The notes under the pieces are model-generated. The model ran no database searches. It saw only the letters and a program-made list of their open reading frames with translations, and was not told where the DNA came from. The position numbers and the translations under genes are program-made. 64,000 nucleotides of DNA from Candidatus Limnocylindria bacterium (GTDB lineage: Bacteria; Chloroflexota; Limnocylindria; P2-11E): positions 68,323-132,322 of the forward strand of contig DASZZF010000012.1 in the NCBI GenBank assembly GCA_035543375.1, given 5' to 3'. Numbering within the stretch: the stretch's first letter is position 1; each line of letters begins with the position of its first letter. Below are positions 45,422 to 54,314 of the stretch, one piece after another.

Positions 45422-47209
45422 ATGAAGTGCCTGGTGGCGGTCGTCGACCCCGAGCGCGATCGGTCGCTCATCGAGTGCGCGATCGCGCTGGCCGGCGATG
45501 ACGAGCTCGTGCTCATGTCGGTCATCGAGGTCGGCCCGGGCGAGACACTGGCGTCCGCGCAGCCACAGGCGCGAGCCCGGCGGCGCGAGCTCGCCGAGCT
45601 CGCGGCACCGCGGGCGATCCGCCCGCTCGTCACCGTGGCCCGCCAGGGCTGGGCCGCGATCGTCGCGGCCGCGCGCGAGGAACGTCCGGACCTGCTGCTC
45701 ATCGGGTGGCGCCGGCCGGGCTGGGATCTGCTGGGCACGACGATCGAAGAGGTGCTCCGCGACCCCCCGTGCGATCTCGCGGTGGTCAAGGGCCCCGCCG
45801 GTCGGGGCCGGCGCATCCTCGTGCCGGTCCGCGGTGGCCGCTATGCGGAGCTCGCGGCCCGTATCGGTGTGGACCTGGCGCACGCGCGTCAAGGCAACGT
45901 GACCCTGCTGCACGTCGTGCCCGAGGACCGTTCGATCCGGCGCACCGGTGCGACGCTCGTCCAGCTCATCGGCGAGCGGGCTTTCGACGATCGCGTCGAT
46001 GAGCTCCTCACGCGCGTCGGCGACGTGGACCATGTCATCACCGACGAGCTCACCCGTCATGACCTCGCGATCTTCGGCGCGAGCGGCGGCAACGATCCGC
46101 TTGGCCCGATCGGCCAGAAGATCCTCGCGCAGGCGAAGTCGGCGATCGTCGTGCGAACGAAGACGCCCGTGGCCTCGAGTGTGTTCCTCCCACCGGCGCT
46201 CCCTGCCGATCGCGCCGAGCGCTCGCGCGCGATCGGCGAGCTCGTCGACAAGTGGTTCGTCGAGAACACCTTCTCCTCCGCCGAGTTCGCCGACCTCGGC
46301 GCCCTCGTTGCGGCGAAGGAGCGGCAGGGCCTCCGCATCTCGGTCGGTCTCCCGACCCTGAACGAGGAGGCGACCATCGCCAAGGTCATCCGCGTCATCC
46401 GGTCGCGGTTGATGGAGCGGTTCCCGCTCGTGGACGAGCTCATCGTCATCGACTCGAACTCGTCGGATCGGACCCGGGAGATCGCGCGGGCCGAGGGCGT
46501 GCCGGTGCACATCCATCAAGAGCTCTTGCCAGAGTGCGGTCCCGGGCGCGGCAAGGGCGAGGCGCTCTGGAAGAGCCTGAGCGTCCTCACCGGCGATCTC
46601 GTCGCGTGGGTCGATACCGATGTCGCGAACATCCACCCGAAGTTCGTCTATGGCCTGCTCGGACCGCTGCTCCTGCGTCCCGAGATCGCGTTCGCGAAGG
46701 CGTTCTACCGCCGGCCGCTCAACATCGGCGGCGAGCTCCACGCAACGGGGGGTGGCCGGGTCACCGAGCTTGCGGCCCGTCCGATGCTCAACCTGTTCTT
46801 CCCCGAGCTCTCCGGAATGATCCAGCCGCTCTCCGGCGAGCAGGCCGGCCGCCGGAGCCTCCTCGAGCGGTTGCCGTTCTTCAGCGGCTACGGCGTCGAG
46901 GTGGGCCTCCTGGTCGACGTGCTGCGCACGGCCGGACTGAAGGCGATCTCGCAGGTCGACATGAAGCAGCGCATCCACCGCAACCAGACACTGCTCGCGC
47001 TCTCCAAGATGTCGTTCGAGATCATGCAGGTCGCCACGAAGCGCCTTGGCGAGGGACGCGGCGAGCGGCTTCTCGACGAGGCGAACCTCACAATGAAGCT
47101 CATCTCACCGACGGCCGAGGGTTTCCACCTCGAGGTGCAGGACATCGCCGTGGTCGAGCGGCCCCCGATGATCACGATCCCCGGCTACCGGGAGCGGTTC
47201 GCGCGCTAA
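45422..47209 (+). CDS. gpgS: Tandem universal-stress-protein domains fused to glucosyl-3-phosphoglycerate synthase (GT81)
   Basis: The C-terminal ~320 aa carry PTLNEEATI, GRGKGEALW, WVDTDV, GGGRVTEL, GYGVEVGLL and RIHRNQ. The N-terminal ~270 aa form two USP-like alpha/beta units. Confidence 0.85.
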   Translation: MKCLVAVVDPERDRSLIECAIALAGDDELVLMSVIEVGPGETLASAQPQARARRRELAELAAPRAIRPLVTVARQGWAAIVAAAREERPDLLLIGWRRPGWDLLGTTIEEVLRDPPCDLAVVKGPAGRGRRILVPVRGGRYAELAARIGVDLAHARQGNVTLLHVVPEDRSIRRTGATLVQLIGERAFDDRVDELLTRVGDVDHVITDELTRHDLAIFGASGGNDPLGPIGQKILAQAKSAIVVRTKTPVASSVFLPPALPADRAERSRAIGELVDKWFVENTFSSAEFADLGALVAAKERQGLRISVGLPTLNEEATIAKVIRVIRSRLMERFPLVDELIVIDSNSSDRTREIARAEGVPVHIHQELLPECGPGRGKGEALWKSLSVLTGDLVAWVDTDVANIHPKFVYGLLGPLLLRPEIAFAKAFYRRPLNIGGELHATGGGRVTELAARPMLNLFFPELSGMIQPLSGEQAGRRSLLERLPFFSGYGVEVGLLVDVLRTAGLKAISQVDMKQRIHRNQTLLALSKMSFEIMQVATKRLGEGRGERLLDEANLTMKLISPTAEGFHLEVQDIAVVERPPMITIPGYRERFAR

Positions 47210-47224
47210 GACTTGTGCCAGCAC

Positions 47225-48112
47225 TCAGCGCGGCCCGGTCGTGAGGAAAGCCTCGATCCGATGACGGAGCGACGCAACGTCGAGACCGTGCGCCGCATCG
47301 TGGTCATCGACCGTGCCGTAGGCGCGATGCTCGATCTTCCGTACCCCGATCGCCAGGAGGCGATGTGGAACGTCGGCGAGCGCCGCCGATACGACGGCGC
47401 TCGAGGTACCCTCGGTGTACGGCTCGACGAGCACGACGTCAGGTCGCCTGAGCGCCGCGCAGAGCAGCGCGCTCGGGAACGGCCGCACGGTCGAGAGATA
47501 GAGGACCGTCACGTCGAGGTCGCCGGTCGCCAGCAGCACCCGGTCGAGCATCGGCCCGACGGCGATCACGGTCGCCCGGGAGCCGCTCCTGACGACACCA
47601 TCGTGGTGGGCATCGGCGTTCTCCTGCACCGACAGGCGGAGGTAGGCGCGGCCGTCGCCCGCGGCCACCGACCTGAGCGCATGATCGACCTCGTCCGGGT
47701 GGCCCGGGACGTGGATGTCCCACCCGGGCAGCGTGTCGATCAGGGCGACGTCCTCGGGCGACTGGTGCGTGCGCCCGCTCGTCGAGTAGTCGTAGGACGC
47801 GCCGTGCGCAACGATGACCGCGCCGACATCCTGATGCCCGAGGTCGACCTTGAGCTGCTCGTACGGCCGCTCGACCGCGAACGACGCGATCGTGTGGACG
47901 ATCGGCCGGAACCCCGTGAGCGCGAGGCCGGATGCGACGCTGACCATCAGCTGCTCGCGGATCCCAACGTTGACGATGCGGTCCGGATGCCGGCGGCGCA
48001 CCGGCTCGAACAGTGACGCGCTGATCTCGGCGAGCACCAGCGCCAACCGGGGATCTTCGTCGAGCAGCTGCGTCGTCGTGGCGATGAACCGCTGCCGCAT
48101 CGCTTCGCTCAC
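47225..48112 (-). CDS. Transketolase, C-terminal (pyrimidine-binding) subunit
   Basis: NVGIREQLMVSVASGLALTGFRP...GRTHQSPEDVA... GTG 48112 forms a GTGA overlap with the N-terminal subunit stop. Confidence 0.9.
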   Translation of the reverse strand: MSEAMRQRFIATTTQLLDEDPRLALVLAEISASLFEPVRRRHPDRIVNVGIREQLMVSVASGLALTGFRPIVHTIASFAVERPYEQLKVDLGHQDVGAVIVAHGASYDYSTSGRTHQSPEDVALIDTLPGWDIHVPGHPDEVDHALRSVAAGDGRAYLRLSVQENADAHHDGVVRSGSRATVIAVGPMLDRVLLATGDLDVTVLYLSTVRPFPSALLCAALRRPDVVLVEPYTEGTSSAVVSAALADVPHRLLAIGVRKIEHRAYGTVDDHDAAHGLDVASLRHRIEAFLTTGPR

Positions 48113-48807
48113 TGCTCCGCCTCCACCGACGCCACAACGAGGTGCGGGTGCGCGGGGCCGGCGCCGGCGTAGGCCTCCTCCAGCGCGGCGTGCGATCGCC
48201 CGTTCACGGTCCTGGTGGTCCAGCCCTCGAGCTCGAACCGGGCGGCGATACCACCAGGCCAACCGAGCGTTGACGAACGGTTATCGATCGCGACGACGGC
48301 AAGACCGCCCAGAGCAAGCCGGCCAGCCAGCTGCACGGCCTCCCAGTTGCTGCCTTCCTCGAGCTCGGCGTCCCCGACCAAGCAGAACACTCGCGCGCCG
48401 CTTCGACGCGCCCGCAGGCCCAGGGCGAGGCCGACGGCGATCGGCAGGCCGTGACCGAGCGACCCGCTGCCGATCTCGACCCCGGGAATAAGTCGCGCGT
48501 CGGGGTGGTAGCCCAGCGGTGACCCGCCGCGACCGAAGCTCCGGAGCGTGTCTTCGGCGAGGAATCCCTTCGCGGCGAGCACGGCGTAGTAGGCCATCGG
48601 TCCGTGCCCCTTCGAGAGCACGAAGCGGTCACGGTCCGGCTCAGCCGCACTCGCGAGAGAAACGCGGAGCACCCGGTCGTAGAGGACCCAGATCGCGTCG
48701 AGTGTCGACGTCGCGCTGGGACCGTGCTTCTCGTCACCGGTCATGAGGGTCATCAGCCGGGGCAGGTCGGCGTAGGTGTAGGCGGCCGTCTTACGCATGT
48801 CGCGCAT
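48109..48807 (-). CDS. Transketolase, N-terminal (TPP-binding) subunit
   Basis: SKGHGPMAYYAVL...GSLGHGLPIAVG...GDAELEEGSNWEA. The start may be the second ATG at 48798 if the mRNA is leaderless (see the SoxR promoter). Confidence 0.9.
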   Translation of the reverse strand: MRDMRKTAAYTYADLPRLMTLMTGDEKHGPSATSTLDAIWVLYDRVLRVSLASAAEPDRDRFVLSKGHGPMAYYAVLAAKGFLAEDTLRSFGRGGSPLGYHPDARLIPGVEIGSGSLGHGLPIAVGLALGLRARRSGARVFCLVGDAELEEGSNWEAVQLAGRLALGGLAVVAIDNRSSTLGWPGGIAARFELEGWTTRTVNGRSHAALEEAYAGAGPAHPHLVVASVEAEQ

Positions 48808-48836
48808 CCTGAGACCTCAAGTGGACTTGATGTCAA
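48806..48836 (-). promoter_or_regulatory. SoxR-type promoter: TTGACA - 19-nt spacer containing the SoxR palindrome CATCAAGTCCACTTGAGG - CAGGAT
   Basis: Read on the minus strand. A perfect -35 element, an over-long 19-nt spacer and a 14/18 self-complementary CCTCAAGT/ACTTGAGG-type box match the soxS-promoter architecture. It faces the transketolase operon and is adjacent to soxR. Confidence 0.7.
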
Positions 48837-48853
48837 GGGGCTATCCTGCAGCG

Positions 48854-49324
48854 GTGCCCGCCCTCCCCAAACGCCTGACCATCGGGCAGCTGTCGGCCCG
48901 AAGCGGCGTCGCGCCGTCGGCGCTGCGGTTCTACGAGGATCGTGGGTTGATCCGCGCCGAGCGTTCGGATGGGCACCAGCGCCGCTACGCGCGCTCCACG
49001 CTCCGCACCGTCGCGTTCATCCGCGCGGCGCAGCGCGTGGGCGTCAGCCTTGACGAGATCGCTGCCGCGCTCAGCACCTTGCCGACCGAGCACCCGCCGA
49101 CGCTCGAGGACTGGGCCCGGCTGTCGACCTCGTGGCGCGGCCGGTTGAACGAGCGGATCGCGGAGCTTGAAGCGCTGCGTGACAAGCTGACGTCCTGTAT
49201 CGGCTGCGGTTGCCTGTCGCTGCGAAAGTGCGGGCTGTTCAATCGCGGCGACCAGATCGCGGACCGGGGCGCAGGTCCGCGCCTGCTCTACCCGCGTGGC
49301 CTGCCACCGGCCCGCGGGCGATAG
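48854..49324 (+). CDS. soxR: Redox-sensitive MerR-family regulator SoxR
   Basis: LTIGQLSARSGVAPSALRFYEDRGLI is the HTH, and CIGCGCLSLRKC is the [2Fe-2S] motif. GTG 48854 has TATCCT 6 nt upstream. The track start at 48797 and the ATG at 48830 are alternatives. Confidence 0.88.
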   Translation: MPALPKRLTIGQLSARSGVAPSALRFYEDRGLIRAERSDGHQRRYARSTLRTVAFIRAAQRVGVSLDEIAAALSTLPTEHPPTLEDWARLSTSWRGRLNERIAELEALRDKLTSCIGCGCLSLRKCGLFNRGDQIADRGAGPRLLYPRGLPPARGR

Positions 49325-49329
49325 CGGTG

Positions 49330-51171
49330 CTAGCTGAGGGCAGCGACCTTCTTCATCTGCCCGAGGACCCGATCGCGATCCTGCTTCGCGAGCATGCGCT
49401 TGCGCAGGCGGAATGCCTTCGGCGTGACCTCTAGCAGCTCGTCGTCTGCGAGGAATTCGATCGCATCGTCGAGCGAGAGCGTCCGGATGCCGTCGAGCCG
49501 CGCCGCGATGTCGGAGTTGCTGCTGCGCATGTTCGTGAGGTGCTTCTTCTTGCAGACGTTGATCTCGAGGTCGCGCTCGCGGATGTGCTGACCGACGATC
49601 ATCCCCTCGTAGACCTCGACGCCCGGGCCGATGAACAGCGTGCCGCGGTCCTGCGATCCGGCCAGCCCGAAGGTGCTCGTCTCCCCGGCCTCGAAGGCGA
49701 TGAGCGAACCGAACTCACGGGTCGCGATCGGGCCGGCGTGAGCGCCGTAGCCCGCGAACAGCGTGTTCATCACGCCCTGCCCGCGGGTGTTCGTGAGGAA
49801 CGCCTGCCGGAACCCGAGAAGGCCGCGGGTCGGCACGCGGTAGACGCAGTGCACATTGCCGTCGTCGCGATACTTCATGTCCTGGAGGGTCCCGCGCCGC
49901 TGGCCGACGAGCTCGACAACTGGGCCGAGCCCTTCCTGCGAGACCTCGATCTCGAGCTGCTCGTACGGCTCCAGCGTCGTGCCATCCACGACCTTGCCGA
50001 TGACCTCCGGCTTCGAGACTTGGAACTCGTATCCCTCGCGGCGCATGTTCTCGACAAGGATGGCGAGGTGGAGCTCGCCCCGGCCCGAGACGAGGAGGGT
50101 GTCGGGGGTGTCGGTGTCCTCCACCCGGAGCGCGACATCACGATCAAGCTCCGCGTACAGGCGCTCGCGCAGCCTGCGGCTGGTCACGAACGTCCCCTCG
50201 CGGCCGGCGAACGGCGAATCGTTCACCTGGAAGCTCATCCGGAGGGTGGGCTCCTCGACCTTGATCGGCGGCAGCGGGCTGGGGTTCGCGGCATCGGAGA
50301 TCGTTTCCCCGATCACCGCATCGCCGACGCCGGCGATCGCGACAATGTCGCCGGCCACCACTTCGTCGACTTCTTCCCGGTCGAGTCCGTTGAACGTGAA
50401 GAGGGCCGTGACCTTTCCCGGGGTGAGGGTCGTGCCGTCGTGGTCGATGCGCACCACCGGCTGGCCGCGCTTCACGCGGCCGCTCTGCAGCCGGCCGAGG
50501 ACGATCTTGCCCTTGTAGTCGTCGAGCGTCGTCATGGTGACGAGGAGCTGCGTCGGCCCGTCCGGATCCACGTCCGGCGCGGGGATCTCACCGATGATCG
50601 CCTCGAACAGCGGCTCGAGGGTGGTGCCGACGTGACGGTGGTCGGTGCTGGCCGCGCCGATGAGCGCATTCGTGTAGATCGTCTCGAATTCCGCCTGCGC
50701 CTCGGAGGCGCCGAGATCCAGGAACAGGTCGAACGTCTCGTTCAGCACATGGTTCGGCCGGGCGTTCGGCCGATCGATCTTGTTCACGACCAGGATCGCC
50801 CGGTGCCCGCGCTGGAGCGCCTGGCGGAGGACGAACTTCGTCTGCGGCATCGGCCCGTCGACCGCGTCGACGAGCAGCAGCACGCCATCGACCATGTTCA
50901 TCACACGTTCGACCTCGCCGCCGAAATCGGCGTGGCCAGGCGTATCGACGATGTTGATCTTGGTGCCGCGGTACACGATCGCGGTGTTCTTGGCCATGAT
51001 CGTGATCCCGCGTTCGCGCTCGATGGCATTGCTGTCCATGACCCGCTCGGCGACCTGCTGGTTCTCCCGGAAGATGTGGCTCTGCTTGAGCATCGCGTCG
51101 ACCAGCGTGGTCTTGCCGTGATCGACGTGGGCGATGATCGCGACGTTCCGGATGTCGTTACGAAGTGTCAC
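49330..51171 (-). CDS. typA: Translational GTPase TypA/BipA
   Basis: [22 protein letters not shown]...[14 protein letters not shown]. The start is at GTG 51171; the track start at 51309 is an extension. Confidence 0.95.
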   Translation of the reverse strand: MTLRNDIRNVAIIAHVDHGKTTLVDAMLKQSHIFRENQQVAERVMDSNAIERERGITIMAKNTAIVYRGTKINIVDTPGHADFGGEVERVMNMVDGVLLLVDAVDGPMPQTKFVLRQALQRGHRAILVVNKIDRPNARPNHVLNETFDLFLDLGASEAQAEFETIYTNALIGAASTDHRHVGTTLEPLFEAIIGEIPAPDVDPDGPTQLLVTMTTLDDYKGKIVLGRLQSGRVKRGQPVVRIDHDGTTLTPGKVTALFTFNGLDREEVDEVVAGDIVAIAGVGDAVIGETISDAANPSPLPPIKVEEPTLRMSFQVNDSPFAGREGTFVTSRRLRERLYAELDRDVALRVEDTDTPDTLLVSGRGELHLAILVENMRREGYEFQVSKPEVIGKVVDGTTLEPYEQLEIEVSQEGLGPVVELVGQRRGTLQDMKYRDDGNVHCVYRVPTRGLLGFRQAFLTNTRGQGVMNTLFAGYGAHAGPIATREFGSLIAFEAGETSTFGLAGSQDRGTLFIGPGVEVYEGMIVGQHIRERDLEINVCKKKHLTNMRSSNSDIAARLDGIRTLSLDDAIEFLADDELLEVTPKAFRLRKRMLAKQDRDRVLGQMKKVAALS

Positions 51172-51232
51172 CCAAACAGCGTAGAGCCCAGCACGTCGCT
51201 CGCGGACGCTGCTGGTCGGGGTAACGCTCGGG

Positions 51233-52444
51233 TCAGGCACGGAGGGCGCGGATCGACGGCACGAGGACGCCGACGCATCCGAGCGCCGCGGCCATCGCGC
51301 CGGCGCCAATGAACAAGGGGACCGTCCCGTAGCTCTGGATCACGATGCCGGCGAGCACCGGAGCGACCGGTCCGAGGAGGAACGAGCCGAACCAGTCCAC
51401 GCTGCCGACGCGGCCGAGCAGCTCACGCGGGACGTTCCGCTGGACAGCGGTCTCCCAGAGCGTCCCGAAGCCGGCGAGGCAGACACCGGTCGTCACGGCG
51501 AACGCGAAGAGCGTCGGTATCGACGGCACGAGCCCGACGCCGGCGATCGCGAGGCCGCCGACAATGGAGTAGACGTACATCGCGATGCCGATCCGCCTCA
51601 GGCCGGCCTGAGCGACGAAGATGCCACCGGCGAACTCCCCGAGCCCGACCGCCGCCAGGCTCAGCCCGAACAGCTGGGCATCGGCGCCGAGCACATCGCG
51701 GATGAAGAGGGGTATGCCCACGCTGATCGGACCCGAGAACGCGGTATTGTAAAGGGCAAAGATCGCGATCGTGATCCAGAGCCAGGGCACCGAGAAGGTG
51801 AACGCGATGCCCTCGCGGATCTCTCGAAGGATGTGCTTGTGGTCGCGCGCCTCCGCGGTGGGCGGCCGCGTTGCGAGGAGCGCGGCGAAGCTCAGGAAGA
51901 ACGTGAGGCCATCGAACAGGAAGGCCCAACCCGGACCTACCGAAACCACGATGAGGCCGCCCGTCGCGGGCCCCGCGACGCGCGCGAACTGGCGCGAGAG
52001 CCCCCGAAGAGCGTTGCCCTGCGTCAGGATCTCGCCCGGCACGAGCTCGGGGATGATCGCACCGATCGCCGGCATGAAGAACGCGGCGGCCCCGCCGAAC
52101 ACCGCGAGCTCGAAGTACAGGTGCTCGGTCCGCAGCGAGCCGGTGAGGCTGAGCGCGCCGACGGCGGTGGCCACGATCCCGCTGACGAGGTCGCTCGCGA
52201 GGATCACACGCCGGCGCGGCACCCGATCCACGATCGCCCCGCCGAACAGCAGGAGGACGAGCTGGGACGCCGTGAGCAGCGCGAAACCCGCGCCAATCTG
52301 CACCGCCGTGGCACCGAGGGCGAAGAACTGGAAGGGCAGCGCGACCCCGTGCACGAAGTTGCCGAACATGGACACGCCCTGGCCGGCCCACAGCAGCCGG
52401 AAGTCACGATGGCGGAGCGGCTCGGCGAGGAGCGGGAGCTTCAC
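51233..52444 (-). CDS. MFS transporter
   Basis: Twelve predicted TM helices, with [15 protein letters not shown] at the N-terminus. Confidence 0.85.
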   Translation of the reverse strand: MKLPLLAEPLRHRDFRLLWAGQGVSMFGNFVHGVALPFQFFALGATAVQIGAGFALLTASQLVLLLFGGAIVDRVPRRRVILASDLVSGIVATAVGALSLTGSLRTEHLYFELAVFGGAAAFFMPAIGAIIPELVPGEILTQGNALRGLSRQFARVAGPATGGLIVVSVGPGWAFLFDGLTFFLSFAALLATRPPTAEARDHKHILREIREGIAFTFSVPWLWITIAIFALYNTAFSGPISVGIPLFIRDVLGADAQLFGLSLAAVGLGEFAGGIFVAQAGLRRIGIAMYVYSIVGGLAIAGVGLVPSIPTLFAFAVTTGVCLAGFGTLWETAVQRNVPRELLGRVGSVDWFGSFLLGPVAPVLAGIVIQSYGTVPLFIGAGAMAAALGCVGVLVPSIRALRA

Positions 52445-52451
52445 GCCAGTT

Positions 52452-53099
52452 TCACTCCAGGGCGGCGACCGCCTCGGCGAGCCCGCGCAGGTCGGGGAGC
52501 ACGCACGACGGGGTCGTCTCGAGGGGCTCGCCGTGGCGATCGATGAATACGGTGCGGAACCCGAGCGCCCCGGCCGGGCGGATGTCGTGATACTGGCTCG
52601 CGCCCACGTGCACCGTGTCGGCGGCCGATCCGCCGGTCAACTCGGCGAAGCGCTGCCAATGGCCGGTCGCAGGCTTGTAGCTGCCGACATCCTCAGCGGT
52701 CACGACGAGGTCGGGCGTGATGCCGAGCTTCGGAATTGAGGTTGCGATGAGATCCCGGTCCACGTTCGAGAGGATCGCGACCTTCCGCCCTGCGGCCTGA
52801 AGCGCACGGAGCGCCGCTGGCACTTCGGGGAACGCGCGCCACCGCGGCAACGATCCCGGCAGCGGGGACGGCGCGGCGATGCCGTGCTTCCCGAGCAAGG
52901 CGGCACCCGCGCGATCCAGGACCTCGCGGTACTGGAGATATGCGCCGGTCTCCACTTCGGCCTCAGTAGCGATGTACTCCCGGGCCAGCGCGTCACGGTC
53001 CAGAGGCTTGTCGAACAGCGGCAGGAGCGCGTCGGTGACGCCTCCTTCCCAGTCGATGAGCGTGCCGTAGCAGTCGAAGGTGCACCACGCGACGGCCAC
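52452..53099 (-). CDS. HAD-superfamily hydrolase (haloacid dehalogenase type II-like)
   Basis: Motif I FDCYGTLID, then SNVD, then the late motifs HVGASQYHD. Confidence 0.82.
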   Translation of the reverse strand: MAVAWCTFDCYGTLIDWEGGVTDALLPLFDKPLDRDALAREYIATEAEVETGAYLQYREVLDRAGAALLGKHGIAAPSPLPGSLPRWRAFPEVPAALRALQAAGRKVAILSNVDRDLIATSIPKLGITPDLVVTAEDVGSYKPATGHWQRFAELTGGSAADTVHVGASQYHDIRPAGALGFRTVFIDRHGEPLETTPSCVLPDLRGLAEAVAALE

Positions 53100-54314
53100 C
53101 TACCCGGTAAGACGCTCCGCGATTTTCGCCACGAGGCGCCGCGCGACCTCTGTCTTGCGGAGCAGCGGCAGCCCCTCGGCGCCGTCGGCGCTGACGAACG
53201 TCACCTGATCCGTGTCGGAGCCGAACGCCGAGCCGGGGGCGGTTACGTCGTTCGCGACCACGAGATCGAGCTTCTTGTCGCGCAGCATCCGCGACGCCTC
53301 GGCGACGGGATCGCCGGTCTCGGCCTTGAAGCCGACGATGAGCGTCCGGGGATCGCGCTTCGCGACGATCGCCTGCAGCACATCGGGGTTCTTCACCAGC
53401 GTGAACGACACCTCGTCGCCCTGCTCACGCTTCTTCAACTTCTGGGCGGCGACCGTCGCCGGCCGGTAGTCAGCGATCGCGGCGGCCATCACCACCGCGT
53501 CGGCGCCGGGTAGCGCGGCGAGCACGGCATCGCGAAGCTCCGCCGCGGTCTCGATCGGCACCATCCGAACGTCGGCCGGCACGGCGAGCGCCGTCGGTCC
53601 GCTCACGAGCGTCACCTCGGCGCCGGCGGCCTTCGCCGCGGCGGCGATCGCGTAGCCCAGCTTACCGCTGGAGCGGTTCGTCACGACCCTGACCGGATCG
53701 ATGGGCTCGAGGGTCGGGCCGGCAGTCACGATCACGTGCTTTCCCGCGAGGGCCACCGACGTCAGCAGCGCGTCCTCGATCGCCTCGAGGATCCGCTCAA
53801 GGGGTGCGAGCCGCCCCGGCCCGATCGTCCCTGACGCGAGCTCCCCGCTCTCCGGCTCGACGATCGTCGCACCGCGATCGCGTAGCGCAGCGACGTTCGC
53901 CCGGGTCGCGGTGTTCGACCACATGTGGGTCTCCATCGCGGGCGCGACCACGAGCGGCGCGTGGGCCGCCAGGACGGTCGTGCCGATCAGGTCATCGGCG
54001 AAGCCGTGGGCGAGCCGCGCGATCGTGTGCGCGGTCGCGGGCGCGACGACGATCACATCGGCCTGCTGGCCCATGGCGACGTGGCCGGCCGCGCGATCGT
54101 CGAACGTCCCGAACATCTCCACTTCGACCGGGCGGTAGGTGAGCGCCTGGAACGTGAGGGGTCGCACGAACTGCGTCGCGCCATGGGTCATCACCACCTG
54201 CACCGCGGCACCGGCCTGCGTCATCCGGCGCGCGAGCTCGATGGCCTTGTAGACGGCGATCGAGCCGGTGACGGCAAGGACGATGAACTTGCCGCGAAGC
54301 GCCACATCGCTCAT
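53100..54314 (-). CDS. coaBC: Bifunctional phosphopantothenoylcysteine decarboxylase / phosphopantothenate-cysteine ligase
   Basis: VTGSIAVYK flavoprotein N-terminus and a CoaB C-terminus (ITAGPT.EPIDPVR.ITNRSSGK-like: VTAGPTLEPIDPVRVVTNRSSGK). ATG 54314 forms an ATGA overlap with coaX. Confidence 0.92.
   Translation of the reverse strand: MSDVALRGKFIVLAVTGSIAVYKAIELARRMTQAGAAVQVVMTHGATQFVRPLTFQALTYRPVEVEMFGTFDDRAAGHVAMGQQADVIVVAPATAHTIARLAHGFADDLIGTTVLAAHAPLVVAPAMETHMWSNTATRANVAALRDRGATIVEPESGELASGTIGPGRLAPLERILEAIEDALLTSVALAGKHVIVTAGPTLEPIDPVRVVTNRSSGKLGYAIAAAAKAAGAEVTLVSGPTALAVPADVRMVPIETAAELRDAVLAALPGADAVVMAAAIADYRPATVAAQKLKKREQGDEVSFTLVKNPDVLQAIVAKRDPRTLIVGFKAETGDPVAEASRMLRDKKLDLVVANDVTAPGSAFGSDTDQVTFVSADGAEGLPLLRKTEVARRLVAKIAERLTG

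Noticed and set aside
44567-46978. 803-aa minus-strand ORF, the longest non-assigned ORF in the track
   Set aside because: It is antisense to the GT4 and USP::GpgS genes. Its low-complexity R/E/D/G composition shows no recognisable domain, and the sense strand has clear family motifs and operon coupling.
51185-51215. Imperfect hairpin CAGCACGTC...GACGCTGCTG between the MFS gene and typA, considered as a terminator or attenuator
   Set aside because: The stem has mismatches, there is no U-tract, and the spacer is only 61 nt, so it is not distinguishable from chance in GC-rich DNA.
49540-51312. 590-aa plus-strand ORF
   Set aside because: It is antisense to typA.
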